A stretch of 64,000 nt of DNA from Longimicrobiales bacterium (lineage in GTDB: Bacteria > Gemmatimonadota > Gemmatimonadetes > Longimicrobiales > Gaopeijiaceae), in the NCBI GenBank assembly GCA_965249725.1, contig CBDFMQ010000002.1, positions 448,001 through 512,000 on the forward strand, given 5' to 3'. Made by a program: the position numbers and the translations under genes. Shown here one piece after another: positions 18,952 to 32,967 of this stretch. Positions within the stretch are counted from its first letter, which is position 1; each line of letters begins with the position of its first letter. The notes below the pieces were generated by a model, which saw only the letters and a program-made list of their open reading frames with translations, searched no databases and was not told the DNA's origin.

Positions 18952-19455
18952 ATGTTCGACCTGAACCTCGGACTTTCAGTCTGGACCACCTTCGTCTTCC
19001 TCGCGTTGCTCGGCATCCTGTGGAAGTACGCCTGGGGACCGGTACTCGCCGCGGTCGACGCGCGGGAGAGCGGCATCCAGGACACGCTGGACAAGGCGAC
19101 CAACGAGAGGGAAGAGGCCGCCAAGCTGCTCGCCGCGCACCGGCAGCAGATGGCCGAGGCTCGCCGCCAGGCGCAGCAGCAGATCGCCGAGGGCAAAGAG
19201 GCGGGCGAAAGGGTTCGGCAGGACATCGAAGAGAAAGCCAGGTCCGAAGGCCAGGCCCTCATCGAGCGTGCCCGGGAGTCCATAGAACGTGAGAAGGACT
19301 TGGCGCTCGAAGCACTCCGAAAGGAGTCCGTCGACCTGGCCCTGGCGGCTGCGGCCAAGCTCATGCACGAGAACTTCGATGCGGACAAGGATCGTGAATT
19401 GGTAATGGGCTACATCGATGACCTCAGCGATCGAGGCGAGGGAGCCCAGGCGTGA
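18952..19455 (+). CDS. atpF: F0 subunit b
   Basis: N-terminal TM, KYAWGPVLAAVDARE, long coiled coil. Confidence 0.95.
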   Translation: MFDLNLGLSVWTTFVFLALLGILWKYAWGPVLAAVDARESGIQDTLDKATNEREEAAKLLAAHRQQMAEARRQAQQQIAEGKEAGERVRQDIEEKARSEGQALIERARESIEREKDLALEALRKESVDLALAAAAKLMHENFDADKDRELVMGYIDDLSDRGEGAQA

Positions 19456-20012
19456 GAGACGAAACCGTCGCCCGTAACTACGCCGAGGCTCTCGTCGAAG
19501 TAGCGGAGCGGCATGAAGGGCTGGAGGTGTTCGGCGACGGCCTCGAGGTCGTGGCCCGGCTCATCGACGAGAACCCGAGCTTCAAGGTCTTCCTCGAGAC
19601 GCCGCGGATCACGGTGGGCCAGAAGAAGGAGGTGCTTCGGAGCGTCTTTTCCGAGTCACTTCCGGCCACACTGATCAACTTCTTGCTCGTCACGATCGAC
19701 AAGAGACGCCAGCGTCTCATTCGGGAGATCGCCGAGGAGTTCCACACTCTCGTGGACGAACGACTGGGGCGCGCACGGGTCGAGGTGACCCTTGCTCGCA
19801 AGATGGACGATGAGTCGCTGGCGGAGCTGCAGACGCGGCTGTCGACCCTGATCGGCCGAGAGGCCATCCCCCAGGTGCGGGTGAAGCCGAGTATCCTGGG
19901 CGGCGTGGTCGTAAGGGCGGGTGACACGATTTACGACGGATCCCTGCGGCGCAGGTTGGATGGAATGCGTCGGAGGCTGCTTTCGAAAGACCTCCCCTCA
20001 ACGGGTTTCTAG
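19452..20012 (+). CDS. atpH: F1 subunit delta
   Basis: VARNYAEAL, ILGGVVVRAGDTIYDGS. Confidence 0.95.
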   Translation: MRDETVARNYAEALVEVAERHEGLEVFGDGLEVVARLIDENPSFKVFLETPRITVGQKKEVLRSVFSESLPATLINFLLVTIDKRRQRLIREIAEEFHTLVDERLGRARVEVTLARKMDDESLAELQTRLSTLIGREAIPQVRVKPSILGGVVVRAGDTIYDGSLRRRLDGMRRRLLSKDLPSTGF

Positions 20013-20015
20013 GCA

Positions 20016-21608
<1,593 letters not shown>

Positions 21609-21662
21609 GCCGGCCCGCGAAGCTGATCTTGGACGCTGATCTTGGTAAAGGGACACTAGACG

Positions 21663-23982
<2,320 letters not shown>

Positions 23983-23983
<1 letters not shown>

Positions 23984-24315
23984 TGTCGGACCTGAACGTC
24001 CGGGTCGTTTCGCCCGAGGAGGTGCTGTTCGAGGGCGCGGCAGCCTCTGTGGTCGCGCCGGCTTGGGACGGTAAAGTAGGAGTCCTTCCCGGACACGCCC
24101 CGATGATCGCACTGCTGGGGTCTGGCGAGTTGTCGATCGATCTACCTGCCGGCGGGAGCGAGAGCTTCTTCGTGGCCGGGGGTGTGATGAAGGTGGAGGG
24201 CTCTGAGCTAACGATCCTCACCGAGTATGCGGGATCGGAGCCGTCGGAGGATCTGCCGTCGGGTGCCCGGGTCGATGTCGATGCCATCTTCGAGGCGATG
24301 GGCGGCAAGCCCTGA
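23983..24315 (+). CDS. atpC: F1 subunit epsilon (short, lacking the usual C-terminal helical hairpin)
   Basis: VRVVSPE, GKVGVLPGHAPMI; last gene of the atp operon. Confidence 0.92.
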
Positions 24316-24322
24316 CGGGCCC

Positions 24323-25141
24323 ATGAAGCTGGATCTGCACGTTCATACGTCGGCTTCAGACGGCGCGTGCGACCCCAAAGAGGTGGTCGCCCTGGCGAGT
24401 CGAGCCGGCCTGGACGTCATCTCGATCACGGACCATGACACCGTGGCGGGGCTGTCCGGCGCCGTAGAGGCTGCGTCGAGCCAAAGCGTGCATGTCATTC
24501 CGGGCGTGGAGATGAGCAGCACGCTCGACGACCACGAATACCACATCCTGGGATATTTCATCGATCCGGATGCTCCCGCTCTCCGGGATCACGAGCGTAC
24601 CGCGCTCCAGGGGCGCGAGAATCGCATGATCGAGATGGTGACGCGGTTGCGCCAGCAGGGACTCCTCATCGAGTACGACGATGTTCTCGAGGAGGCGGGT
24701 CCGGAGAGATCGGCCATCGCCCGTCCGCATCTGGCCCGGGCCCTGGTGACCAAGGGGTACGCATCCTCGACGCCCGACGCGTTCGATCGGCTGATCGGCG
24801 ATGGGCACCCGGCTCATGTCCCGACCCGACTGTCCACCCCAACCGAGGCCATCCGGATCATCCTGGAGGCCGGAGGGGTCCCCGTATGGGCGCACCCACA
24901 CACATCCGTGCTCGCGCGGTCGCTGCCCGATTTGGTCCGAGCGGGTCTTCTCGGTCTCGAGGTCTATCGGCCGCGGTCGCGCCCGAATCACATCCTCAGG
25001 CTCGAAACGGCGGCTCGCGCGTCGGATCTGTTGATGACCGGTGGGTCGGATTGGCACACGCCGGACAGTGGAAACTCGCTCGGGGACTTCTTCGTCACCG
25101 AGGACGAGGTCGCGAAGCTACTCGCAGCGGGTGGGATGTAA
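24323..25141 (+). CDS. PHP-domain phosphoesterase (TrpH/YciV-like)
   Basis: DLHVHTSASDG, ITDHDT, HILGY, ARPHLA, AHP, TGGSDWH. Confidence 0.92.
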   Translation: MKLDLHVHTSASDGACDPKEVVALASRAGLDVISITDHDTVAGLSGAVEAASSQSVHVIPGVEMSSTLDDHEYHILGYFIDPDAPALRDHERTALQGRENRMIEMVTRLRQQGLLIEYDDVLEEAGPERSAIARPHLARALVTKGYASSTPDAFDRLIGDGHPAHVPTRLSTPTEAIRIILEAGGVPVWAHPHTSVLARSLPDLVRAGLLGLEVYRPRSRPNHILRLETAARASDLLMTGGSDWHTPDSGNSLGDFFVTEDEVAKLLAAGGM

Positions 25142-25769
25142 ACGGCTCCATCAATCGCCGGACCGCGTCCCATGGGTCGTTGGCACTCATCACCGCCCCG
25201 ATGACGGCGATACCCTGAGCCCCGACACCGGCCACATCGCTTGCCGTCTCTGGCGTGACCCCTCCGATCCCTACGACCGGGATCGACACCGCCTCAACGA
25301 CACGCTCTAGCCCGGACAGACCGATGACCTCTCCGGGATCGGACTTGTGGGTGGTGGGATACACGGCGCCGCAGCCCAGGTAGTCGGCGCCGTCGGCCTC
25401 GGCCCGAGCGGCTTCGCCCGGATCGTCGGTGGAGTATCCCACGATGAAATCGTCCGGGACGGCGGCTCGAACATTCCCGACGGGCGGATCGTCGGGGCCC
25501 AGATGAACGCCGTCGGCTCCCGTAGCGAGGGCCACGTCGAGCCGGTCGTTCACGAAGAAGAGAGAGTCCGCATCGTGTACGATGGGGAGGAGTCGCCGAG
25601 CCATCGCGGCGACCTCACGGGCTGTGGCCTCCTTGGCTCTGAGTTGTATCGCCGGCGCCCCTGCCGACAGCGCCTCGCGGACCACGTGTTCGACTCCGTG
25701 GGGCTCGGCCAGGCGTTCGTCCGTGATCACGACGAGCCGGAGCCGTCGACCGAGTTCGGTGCTATTCAA
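25095..25769 (-). CDS. thiE: Thiamine-phosphate synthase
   Basis: IQLRAK, VNDRLDVA, GVHLGPDD, VYPTTHK, VGIGGVT. Confidence 0.95.
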   Translation of the reverse strand: MNSTELGRRLRLVVITDERLAEPHGVEHVVREALSAGAPAIQLRAKEATAREVAAMARRLLPIVHDADSLFFVNDRLDVALATGADGVHLGPDDPPVGNVRAAVPDDFIVGYSTDDPGEAARAEADGADYLGCGAVYPTTHKSDPGEVIGLSGLERVVEAVSIPVVGIGGVTPETASDVAGVGAQGIAVIGAVMSANDPWDAVRRLMEPFTSHPLRVASRPRPR

Positions 25770-25790
25770 CGGATCTCCCTCGCAGGGTGC

Positions 25791-26771
25791 CTAGGGGCGG
25801 TTCGATGCGTCCCACTCCCTACGAGCGACTCCCCGGGCCCGATTGTGCTCCTCTAGGCTGTTCGTAAAGAGGTGGCTGCCGTCAGGTCGGGCTACGAAGT
25901 AGAGATAGGACTCGTCCGAGGGATACAGTGCGGCCTGTAGGGCCGCGTCACCCGGCGCCCCGATGGGCCCCGGAGGCAGCCCTCGCTGCGTATACGTGTT
26001 GTACGGATTGTCGGCCACCGAGTCGATGGCCGCGAAGAGCAGTCGTTCACGACGGCCCCCGAGGGCGTAGAGCACCGTCGGGTCGGCCTGGAGCAGATAG
26101 CCGAGCCGGAGACGGTTGTGATAGACGGCCGAGATGGTGGGCATCTCCGTGACCTGTCGTGCCTCCGCCTGGATGATGGAGGCGAGCGTGACGATCTCCG
26201 CTTCGCTCATCTCGAGCTCGGCGAGTCGCGCCGTCCGCTCCGGCGTCCACACGGAGTGGTACTGTTCGACCATGGCCGCGACGACCACGTCCAGGGCGAC
26301 GCCCCGGGCGAAGCGATAGGTGTCCGGGAAGAGGTATCCCTCTAGTCCGGGGCCGGGAACGTCCCAGCGTGAGTGTGCCGTCGAATCCGACAACTGAGCC
26401 CCGACGGTCTCGGGAGCCTCCTCCGTCACCTGTGCGATCCGTTCCGCCATGTCCGCCAGGGTGAAGCCCTCGGGAATCGTGATCTCCTCGGTGTTGACCC
26501 GACCGGTGGTCAGAGACTCGAGGATGTCGCCCCACGAAGCGCCCGGAGTCAGGTCGTAGTCCCCGGAGCGGATCTGGCGATCGGCGCCCTTGAGCCGAGC
26601 GTAGAGTCCGAAGCGGCGTGGTCCGTCCACGATGCCGCGCTCCACTAACGTGTCCAGCACGGTCGCGAACGACACGCCAGGCGGCACAGTGACCCTCACG
26701 GGCTCGCCGAGCTCGCCGGCTCCGCAGCCGAGAAGGAAGAGGCACCCCAGAAGGACCACCCGCCGTCTCAT
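25791..26771 (-). CDS. mltG: Endolytic transglycosylase MltG
   Basis: TIPEG, LEGYLFPDTY, LASIIQAE, LQADPT, PYNTY..GLPPGPI. Confidence 0.95.
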   Translation of the reverse strand: MRRRVVLLGCLFLLGCGAGELGEPVRVTVPPGVSFATVLDTLVERGIVDGPRRFGLYARLKGADRQIRSGDYDLTPGASWGDILESLTTGRVNTEEITIPEGFTLADMAERIAQVTEEAPETVGAQLSDSTAHSRWDVPGPGLEGYLFPDTYRFARGVALDVVVAAMVEQYHSVWTPERTARLAELEMSEAEIVTLASIIQAEARQVTEMPTISAVYHNRLRLGYLLQADPTVLYALGGRRERLLFAAIDSVADNPYNTYTQRGLPPGPIGAPGDAALQAALYPSDESYLYFVARPDGSHLFTNSLEEHNRARGVARREWDASNRP

Positions 26772-27193
26772 GCACGCCTCTGGGCGTCGAGCCAGCTCTG
26801 GAGGATCAGGACGGCGGCGGCAGCGTCGATCCGGCCCTTCTGTTCCTTCTTCCGCTTCGGGAGACCGATGCCCCTGACTGCCCGCTCGGCCCGGGCCGAC
26901 GTGAATCGCTCGTCCACGAGGTGGACGGGCAGCCCCGACCGCTCGTTGAGCTTCTCGGCCGTCTCCCTCACGGTGCGCGTCCAGTCCGTGTCGTTCCCTG
27001 ACAGGGCCAGCGGAAGCCCGACGACGATGGCCTCCACACCGTACTCCTCGACCAGGTCCTCGAGGGCGCGCAGGGGCATGCGTTTGCCCGCCCTCCGCTG
27101 CAGCGTGGAGAGCGGTTGGGCGATCACTCCGGTCGGGTCGCTCACCGCGACGCCGACCCGCCGTTCACCGAAATCGATTCCCAGGACGCGCAT
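26768..27193 (-). CDS. ruvX: YqgF/RuvX family nuclease
   Basis: LGIDFGERRVGVAVSD, VVGLP, DERFTS, IDAAAAVLILQ. Confidence 0.95.
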   Translation of the reverse strand: MRVLGIDFGERRVGVAVSDPTGVIAQPLSTLQRRAGKRMPLRALEDLVEEYGVEAIVVGLPLALSGNDTDWTRTVRETAEKLNERSGLPVHLVDERFTSARAERAVRGIGLPKRKKEQKGRIDAAAAVLILQSWLDAQRRA

Positions 27194-27311
27194 ATCCCCC
27201 TAAACGAAGGTTGGGATAGATTAAACAGTCAGGACCGGTGCTCAATATACACCCGAAATAGCCGTCGTCGGCCCATGACGACCGGCTACGTGGACTGAAT
27301 TCCAGGAGTGG

Positions 27312-27563
27312 ATGATGCGATACGATCAAGACGCGAATGCCATGAACTTCGTGTCCGGCTTCTTGCTGGGTGCCTTCGTGGGGGCCGGTATCGCCCTGCT
27401 CACAGCCCCGGAGCCCGGGACCCGGACCCGCCGCAGAATCCGGCGCGTGGCGGGCGAGCTGAGGGAGACGGCCACCGATCAGCTCGACGACTTTGCGGAG
27501 GATGTGAAGTCGAAGGTGGATGAGGCCGTGCGAGGGGCCCGGAAGAAACTCGTGACCAAGTAG
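27312..27563 (+). CDS. YtxH-domain small membrane protein
   Basis: FLLGAFVGAGIALLTAPEPGTRTRRRI signature. Confidence 0.85.
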   Translation: MMRYDQDANAMNFVSGFLLGAFVGAGIALLTAPEPGTRTRRRIRRVAGELRETATDQLDDFAEDVKSKVDEAVRGARKKLVTK

Positions 27564-27573
27564 GAGGGCCCCC

Positions 27574-28902
27574 TTGAATCCTTCCCGCCTCATCGAGGAT
27601 AAGCGGGACGGCAAAGAACTCGATCCTGAGGCGTTGACCGCCTTCCTGCGGGCCTACCTCGAGGACGAGCTGCCGCACTACCAGATGGCGGCCTTCCTGA
27701 TGGCCGTCCTCTTCCAGGGTCTCTCTCCTGAAGAGCTCGAGGTCATGGTCGAGGTCATGCTGCACTCGGGGAGCCTTCTGGAACTGGATCACATCCCCGG
27801 CCCCAAGATGGACAAGCACTCGACCGGCGGTGTGGGGGACAAGGCATCGCTGGTGCTCGCCCCCCTGGCCGCGGAGCTGGGGCTCTTCGTTCCCATGATG
27901 GCCGGCCGGAGCCTGGGGCACACGGGAGGGACTCTCGACAAGCTCGAGGCCATAGCGGGTTTTCGCACCGATCTCGGTCTTTCCGAGTTCGGCGGGATCC
28001 TCGCCGACCTGGGCTGCGCGGTCACCGGTCAGACGGCCGAGATCGCGCCCCTGGACAAGCGTCTCTACGATCTCCGCAGCGTCACCGGCACCGTCTCGTC
28101 CATCCCCCTGATCGCCGCCAGCATCATGAGCAAGAAGCTCGCGGAGGGATTGGATGGGCTCGTGCTCGACGTAAAGGCGGGCTCGGGTGCGTTTCTCCCC
28201 CGAATCGAGGACACCCTGACCCTGGCCCAGACCATGGTGGACATCGGGGAGAGGCGGGGCACGCCTACCGTGGCCCTCGTGACGGCCATGGACAGGCCAC
28301 TGGGGGAGGCAATCGGGAATGCGCTGGAGGTGGGCGAAGCGGTGGAGTGCCTTCACGGGGGAGGGCCGTCGGACCTGAGAGAGTTGGTGGTGGCTCTGAC
28401 GGGGGAGATGCTCGTGCTGGGCGGACTGGCCTCCGACGTGGTGGAGGCACGGGAGCGTTGCCGCGAGACGCTTGCTTCGGGAGCGGCCTTTGAGCGTTTC
28501 CGTCGACTCGTCGCCGCCCAGGGAGGCGACGTGTCGGTCATCGAGACTCCGGGCCACCTACCGCAGGCACCGTCTCGTGTAGACGTCCGTGCCGAGGCGG
28601 AGGGCGTCGTCCAGGAGGTGTCACCCCGGCCTCTCGGCCAGGCGGTGGTGGAGATGGGTGGGGGACGGCGGGCCCTCGGGGACGTCATAGATCACCGGGT
28701 CGGGTTCGTCGTCCACGTAAGCCCGGGGGATCCGGTGGCATCAGGAGATGTGATCGGAGAGGTGCACGCGGCGGACGAGGCCTCAGCCGAGGCCGCGGTC
28801 CGGGCGTTTGTTGCGGCTGTATCGATCGGCCCTGACACGGATCCACAGACCTTGCCGGTGGTGTCTCACCGCATCACGCGCGAGGGAGTGCAGGTGCGCT
28901 GA
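27574..28902 (+). CDS. Thymidine/pyrimidine-nucleoside phosphorylase
   Basis: DKHSTGGVGDK, GRSLGHTGGTLDKLE, SIMSKKLA, DVKAGSGAF. Confidence 0.95.
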   Translation: MNPSRLIEDKRDGKELDPEALTAFLRAYLEDELPHYQMAAFLMAVLFQGLSPEELEVMVEVMLHSGSLLELDHIPGPKMDKHSTGGVGDKASLVLAPLAAELGLFVPMMAGRSLGHTGGTLDKLEAIAGFRTDLGLSEFGGILADLGCAVTGQTAEIAPLDKRLYDLRSVTGTVSSIPLIAASIMSKKLAEGLDGLVLDVKAGSGAFLPRIEDTLTLAQTMVDIGERRGTPTVALVTAMDRPLGEAIGNALEVGEAVECLHGGGPSDLRELVVALTGEMLVLGGLASDVVEARERCRETLASGAAFERFRRLVAAQGGDVSVIETPGHLPQAPSRVDVRAEAEGVVQEVSPRPLGQAVVEMGGGRRALGDVIDHRVGFVVHVSPGDPVASGDVIGEVHAADEASAEAAVRAFVAAVSIGPDTDPQTLPVVSHRITREGVQVR

Positions 28903-28949
28903 GGTGAGCTGAGGTGCGCCGCCAGGCTCCGCCCCACCTGGCTACGAGG

Positions 28950-31103
28950 TCAGTTGCCGCTTGCGCCGATGTCCTCGCCGATGCGGAAGAGACGGGAGTC
29001 GTCCCGATCGCAGTAGTCGGTGGGTTCGGTTCCGGGCAGGAAGAGCTCGAGAATCTGATCCCCCTGCGGACACCATTGAGACGCCAACTTGCCCGTTGTC
29101 TTGTCGATCAACCGTGTGACCAGGCCGTCCGGGATCGACCACGGCTCCGGGATGGGCAGGACCGGTTCTCGCATCTCCTCGTCCAGCGAGTCGGGGTCTC
29201 CATAGTAGACCCGTCGCATGAAGTTGCCCCAGACCGGTGCCGCATCACCTCCACCTGTGGCCCCGCGTCGGATCGGCTCGGGTAGATCCAGCCCGAACCA
29301 GACGGTACCCAGGAGGTTCGGCGTGAAGCCGTTGAACCAGACGTCCGTCCCCTCGTTCGTGGTGCCGGTCTTGCCTGCGGCGACCACCTCTCGGTTGAGT
29401 CCGGCAACGATGCGGACGGCGATGTTCCCGGTGCCCTCGTCCACGACCCCCTGCAGCATCGAGATCATGATGCGCGCGACCAGCGGATCCAGGACCTGCG
29501 TACGCTCCGGCTGCGGATCCCATATGATGCGGCCCTGGGCGTCCTCGACCCTCAAGATGGGGAAGGGGCGCACCTTGGTGCCCTGGTTCGCGAAAGTGGA
29601 ATACGCCTCGGCCATCTCGATGGGGAGTACCTCGGCGGCCCCGATGGCGGTCGAGGGATAGCGCTCGATCTCACTCCGGATCCCCATGCGCCGAGCGGTC
29701 TGCGCCACGCTCTCGAGCCCGACCTCCTCGGCCAGCTTGATCGCGATGATGTTCTGCGACTTCATGAGGCCCCTGCGAATCGTCATGGGCCCCTCGAAGC
29801 GCTCCGAGAAGTTCGCGGGCCGCCACTCGGTTCCGTCGACCTGCATGGTCACGACGGGCGCGTCGAGGACGATGAACGTGGGGGGGATGCGTGCCGCCAC
29901 GGCGGCGGTGTAGACGAACGGTTTGAAGCCCGACCCGGCCTGGCGCAGCGCCTGCGTGGCGCGGTTGAACTTCGACACCTGAAAGTCCCGCCCGCCGATC
30001 ATGGCCCGAACCGATCCGGTCCATGGATCGAGCGACACGAACAGCCCCTGCACGTATCTCAGCTCGGTCATGTCTACGCCAGCGGCAACGGAGTCCTGAT
30101 AGGCTCCGTAGCTCAGGTGCTCGAATCCGGGACGGGCCTCCATCCGCGCCCATCCCTCCTGCATCGAGACCTCCGCGGCGCGCTGCATGCGGACGTCTAA
30201 GGTGGTATAGACCTTCAGCCCGGCGGTGTAGAGCTTGCTCCCGAAGCGGTCGTCCAGAATCTGACGGACCCACTCCTCGAAGTAGGGGGCGATGCTACCG
30301 CCGGCCACCGCCCGCTCCGTCGGGATGGGGGCCGCCGTGTATCGTTCCAGGTCCTCGGCCGGAAGGAAGCCCTGATCGACCATGCGTCGAAGTACCAGAT
30401 CCCGGCGCCGCTTCGCGTTGTCGGGGCGGAGAAGGGGGCTGTAGTATGCCGGCAGGTTGGGGATGGCCGCCAAGAGCGCCGTCTCGGCGGGATTCAACTC
30501 GGAGGCGTTCTTCGCGAAGTAGTTGCGGGCGGCGGTCTGGATGCCCCACCACCCGTGCCCGTAGTTGATCTCGTTGACGTAGGCCTCGAGGATCTGGTCC
30601 TTCGTGTAGGATCGCTCGAGGGCCAAGGCCACCTGGAGTTCCTTCAGCTTCCGCACCACGCGTCGCTCGAAGCCGATCTGGCTCTCGAACATGTTGCGGG
30701 CGAGCTGCTGGGTGATGGTGCTCCCACCTCCCCTGTTCTGCCCCGTCAGTACACCGACCACCGCTCGAGCGATGCCCCGCAAGTCGACACCGTGGTGCTC
30801 GTAGAACCGCTTGTCCTCAATGGCGATGAACGCCTGCTTCACGTAGTCGGGGAGTGCGTTGATGGAGACCGGCGTCCGGCGCTCGATACCGATTTCAGCG
30901 AGAAGCCGACCGTCATGGCTGTAGAGTTTGCTGGTCTGTTCCGGCTCGAAGGTCCGGATCTGGGCGACGGACGGGCAGTCGGAGCAGAGATTCTGCCAGG
31001 ATCCCCACGCCACCCCCGCCCCGGCGCCGACAAAAAGAAACCCCAAGAGAAGCAACAGCCTGGGTTGCCATAGCTTCTTGATCACTGGGCTCCGTCGGTT
31101 CAT
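28950..31103 (-). CDS. Class A penicillin-binding protein (PBP1A family)
   Basis: EDKRFYEHHG and GGSTITQQL transglycosylase motifs; SGFK, SQN and KTG transpeptidase motifs. Confidence 0.95.
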   Translation of the reverse strand: MNRRSPVIKKLWQPRLLLLLGFLFVGAGAGVAWGSWQNLCSDCPSVAQIRTFEPEQTSKLYSHDGRLLAEIGIERRTPVSINALPDYVKQAFIAIEDKRFYEHHGVDLRGIARAVVGVLTGQNRGGGSTITQQLARNMFESQIGFERRVVRKLKELQVALALERSYTKDQILEAYVNEINYGHGWWGIQTAARNYFAKNASELNPAETALLAAIPNLPAYYSPLLRPDNAKRRRDLVLRRMVDQGFLPAEDLERYTAAPIPTERAVAGGSIAPYFEEWVRQILDDRFGSKLYTAGLKVYTTLDVRMQRAAEVSMQEGWARMEARPGFEHLSYGAYQDSVAAGVDMTELRYVQGLFVSLDPWTGSVRAMIGGRDFQVSKFNRATQALRQAGSGFKPFVYTAAVAARIPPTFIVLDAPVVTMQVDGTEWRPANFSERFEGPMTIRRGLMKSQNIIAIKLAEEVGLESVAQTARRMGIRSEIERYPSTAIGAAEVLPIEMAEAYSTFANQGTKVRPFPILRVEDAQGRIIWDPQPERTQVLDPLVARIMISMLQGVVDEGTGNIAVRIVAGLNREVVAAGKTGTTNEGTDVWFNGFTPNLLGTVWFGLDLPEPIRRGATGGGDAAPVWGNFMRRVYYGDPDSLDEEMREPVLPIPEPWSIPDGLVTRLIDKTTGKLASQWCPQGDQILELFLPGTEPTDYCDRDDSRLFRIGEDIGASGN

Positions 31104-31347
31104 ACAGGTCCTAAGAGTGGGGAGCGTCCGCGTGTGACGCTCGAAGACAAAGTACCGGGCCGGACCCTTGAGGGTCCCTCGACGGTTACGCTGTCAGCAC
31201 TCGTGCAGCTTTCATGCCACCACCGAGCCGCGGGGCGGACCCGTGCGCCCTTGACCAGGGTCGGAGGCCTTGGCACTGTCCCTTCCGCAGGCAGCCGCCG
31301 GCTCGGTGGCTGCCCTTACCTCAGGCCAGAACCGGCTGGACCCGACC

Positions 31348-31713
31348 TTGAAACGAACTCCGACACGCGTTGAAAAGCCCTGGGGCCACGAGCTCATCTG
31401 GGCCGAAGCGGAAGAGTACGTGGGGAAGATCCTCCATATCAAGGCGGGCGAGGCGCTCTCCCTTCAGTACCACGAGCAAAAGGACGAGACCATCCACCTT
31501 CTCTCCGGTGAAATGAAGTTCGAGGCCGGTGTGTCCATCGAATCGCTGGAGGACGTCGACCTGAAGGCCGGTGAGAGTTATCACGTCCGCGCCGGAACCA
31601 TCCATCGCATGACCGCCGTTACGGACTGCGATGTGCTCGAGGCGTCGACTCCCCATCTCAGCGATGTGGTCCGTCTCGACGATCGTTATGGCCGAGTTCC
31701 CGCGGGAGACTGA
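31348..31713 (+). CDS. Cupin-domain protein (mannose-6-phosphate isomerase-like)
   Basis: VEKPWGHE, LSLQYHEQKDET, IHRM, EASTPHLSDVVRL; start uncertain. Confidence 0.85.
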   Translation: MKRTPTRVEKPWGHELIWAEAEEYVGKILHIKAGEALSLQYHEQKDETIHLLSGEMKFEAGVSIESLEDVDLKAGESYHVRAGTIHRMTAVTDCDVLEASTPHLSDVVRLDDRYGRVPAGD

Positions 31714-31747
31714 CCTGCGCACTCGGCCGGCGCCCCCGGGGGCGAGG

Positions 31748-32962
31748 ATGATCGTGCTCGCGATACTGGTGGTCGTCGGGTCCGCTGCGTGCGCCCCTGA
31801 CGAGACCGACGAGACCTCCGACCTGGTGACGTCGTCGGACCCGATGTTGGCGAGCGCGGCGGCCAGGCTTCTGCCCGATCTGGCAGATCGCTCCGGCCTC
31901 GAGCTCGTCGAACCCGTGCGCCTCGAGCGTCGCACCCGCGCCGAGTTGGAGCGCTATCTCGAGTTCAAGCTCGACGAGGCGTTGCCGATCGACGAAGCGG
32001 AGCTTTTGAGCGAGTCCTACCAGCTGTTCGGTATGGTGCCCCGAGGCATGGATCTGCGGGCCGTCCTGAAGGACCTCTATCTGGAGCAGGTGGCGGGCTT
32101 CTACGATCCGGATTCCACCACGCTGTTCGTCCTGGACGATCAGCCCGAGGACGCCCTGGAGTCGCTTCTCGTGCACGAGCTGGTACACGCCATCCAGGAT
32201 CAGAGCACGGACTTGGACGCAATTACCGATCCCGAGTTGGGGAACGACCGACAGGTAGCGGCTCAGGCGGCGATCGAGGGTCACGCCACGCTCGTCATGT
32301 TCGAGTTCCTCATGGAACTCCAAGGAGGCTCGGTAGACCTGACCGAGATGAGCAACTTCACCGATCTGCTGCGTCCCGCCCTCGAGGCCGCGCGGACCCA
32401 ATCGCCGGCGCTGGCCGGGGCCCCTCTGGTCCTGCAGGAGTCGCTTCTGTTCCCATATCTGGGGGGAGCAGCGTTCGTCGAGGCTCTTTGGAAGGCGGAG
32501 CCGGGGCGTCCCCCGCCTTTTGGTCCGCGACTGCCCGCATCCACTGAACAGATCCTCCACCCCGAGAGGTTCCTCGGCGCCGAGCGGGACCTGCCCGAGA
32601 CCGTCGAGCTGGAGGCCCCTGCCGGGTGGCATCAGGTCTACGAAGGCGGCTTGGGTGAACTGGAGACGGCGATTCTGCTCGAAACGCACACGGGCTCTCG
32701 CGAACTGTCGGGGGGTTGGGACGGCGACCGGTATCTCCTGCTCGAGAGCGAAGCGGGGACGCGCGTGCTGGTGTGGGTGAGCGTGTGGGACGAGGAGAGC
32801 CAGCGCGATCGCTTCCTCGGAGCGCTGAGGCAGCATGCCAATGGGTTCCCCGTCCAAGCCTCCGCGGACGCAGTGGACGTCAGCGGCCGACCCGGCGTTC
32901 GCCTCGAGATCGGAGACGCGCCCGACGTGGAAGCGTCCCTCACGGGACCTGCGGGGGGCTGA
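31748..32962 (+). CDS. Putative lipoprotein with zincin-like HExxH motif
   Basis: Lipobox-like SAAC; VAGFYDP, LVHELVHAIQDQ, AAIEGHAT, STEQILHP. Confidence 0.75.
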   Translation: MIVLAILVVVGSAACAPDETDETSDLVTSSDPMLASAAARLLPDLADRSGLELVEPVRLERRTRAELERYLEFKLDEALPIDEAELLSESYQLFGMVPRGMDLRAVLKDLYLEQVAGFYDPDSTTLFVLDDQPEDALESLLVHELVHAIQDQSTDLDAITDPELGNDRQVAAQAAIEGHATLVMFEFLMELQGGSVDLTEMSNFTDLLRPALEAARTQSPALAGAPLVLQESLLFPYLGGAAFVEALWKAEPGRPPPFGPRLPASTEQILHPERFLGAERDLPETVELEAPAGWHQVYEGGLGELETAILLETHTGSRELSGGWDGDRYLLLESEAGTRVLVWVSVWDEESQRDRFLGALRQHANGFPVQASADAVDVSGRPGVRLEIGDAPDVEASLTGPAGG

Positions 32963-32967
32963 GCCAT

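Noticed and set aside
32716..32967. Extended N-termini in the ORF track (aroB, also clpP, PNP, moeA and the PHP protein)
   Set aside because: The extensions overlap upstream genes and lack homology-like features; downstream starts fit better.
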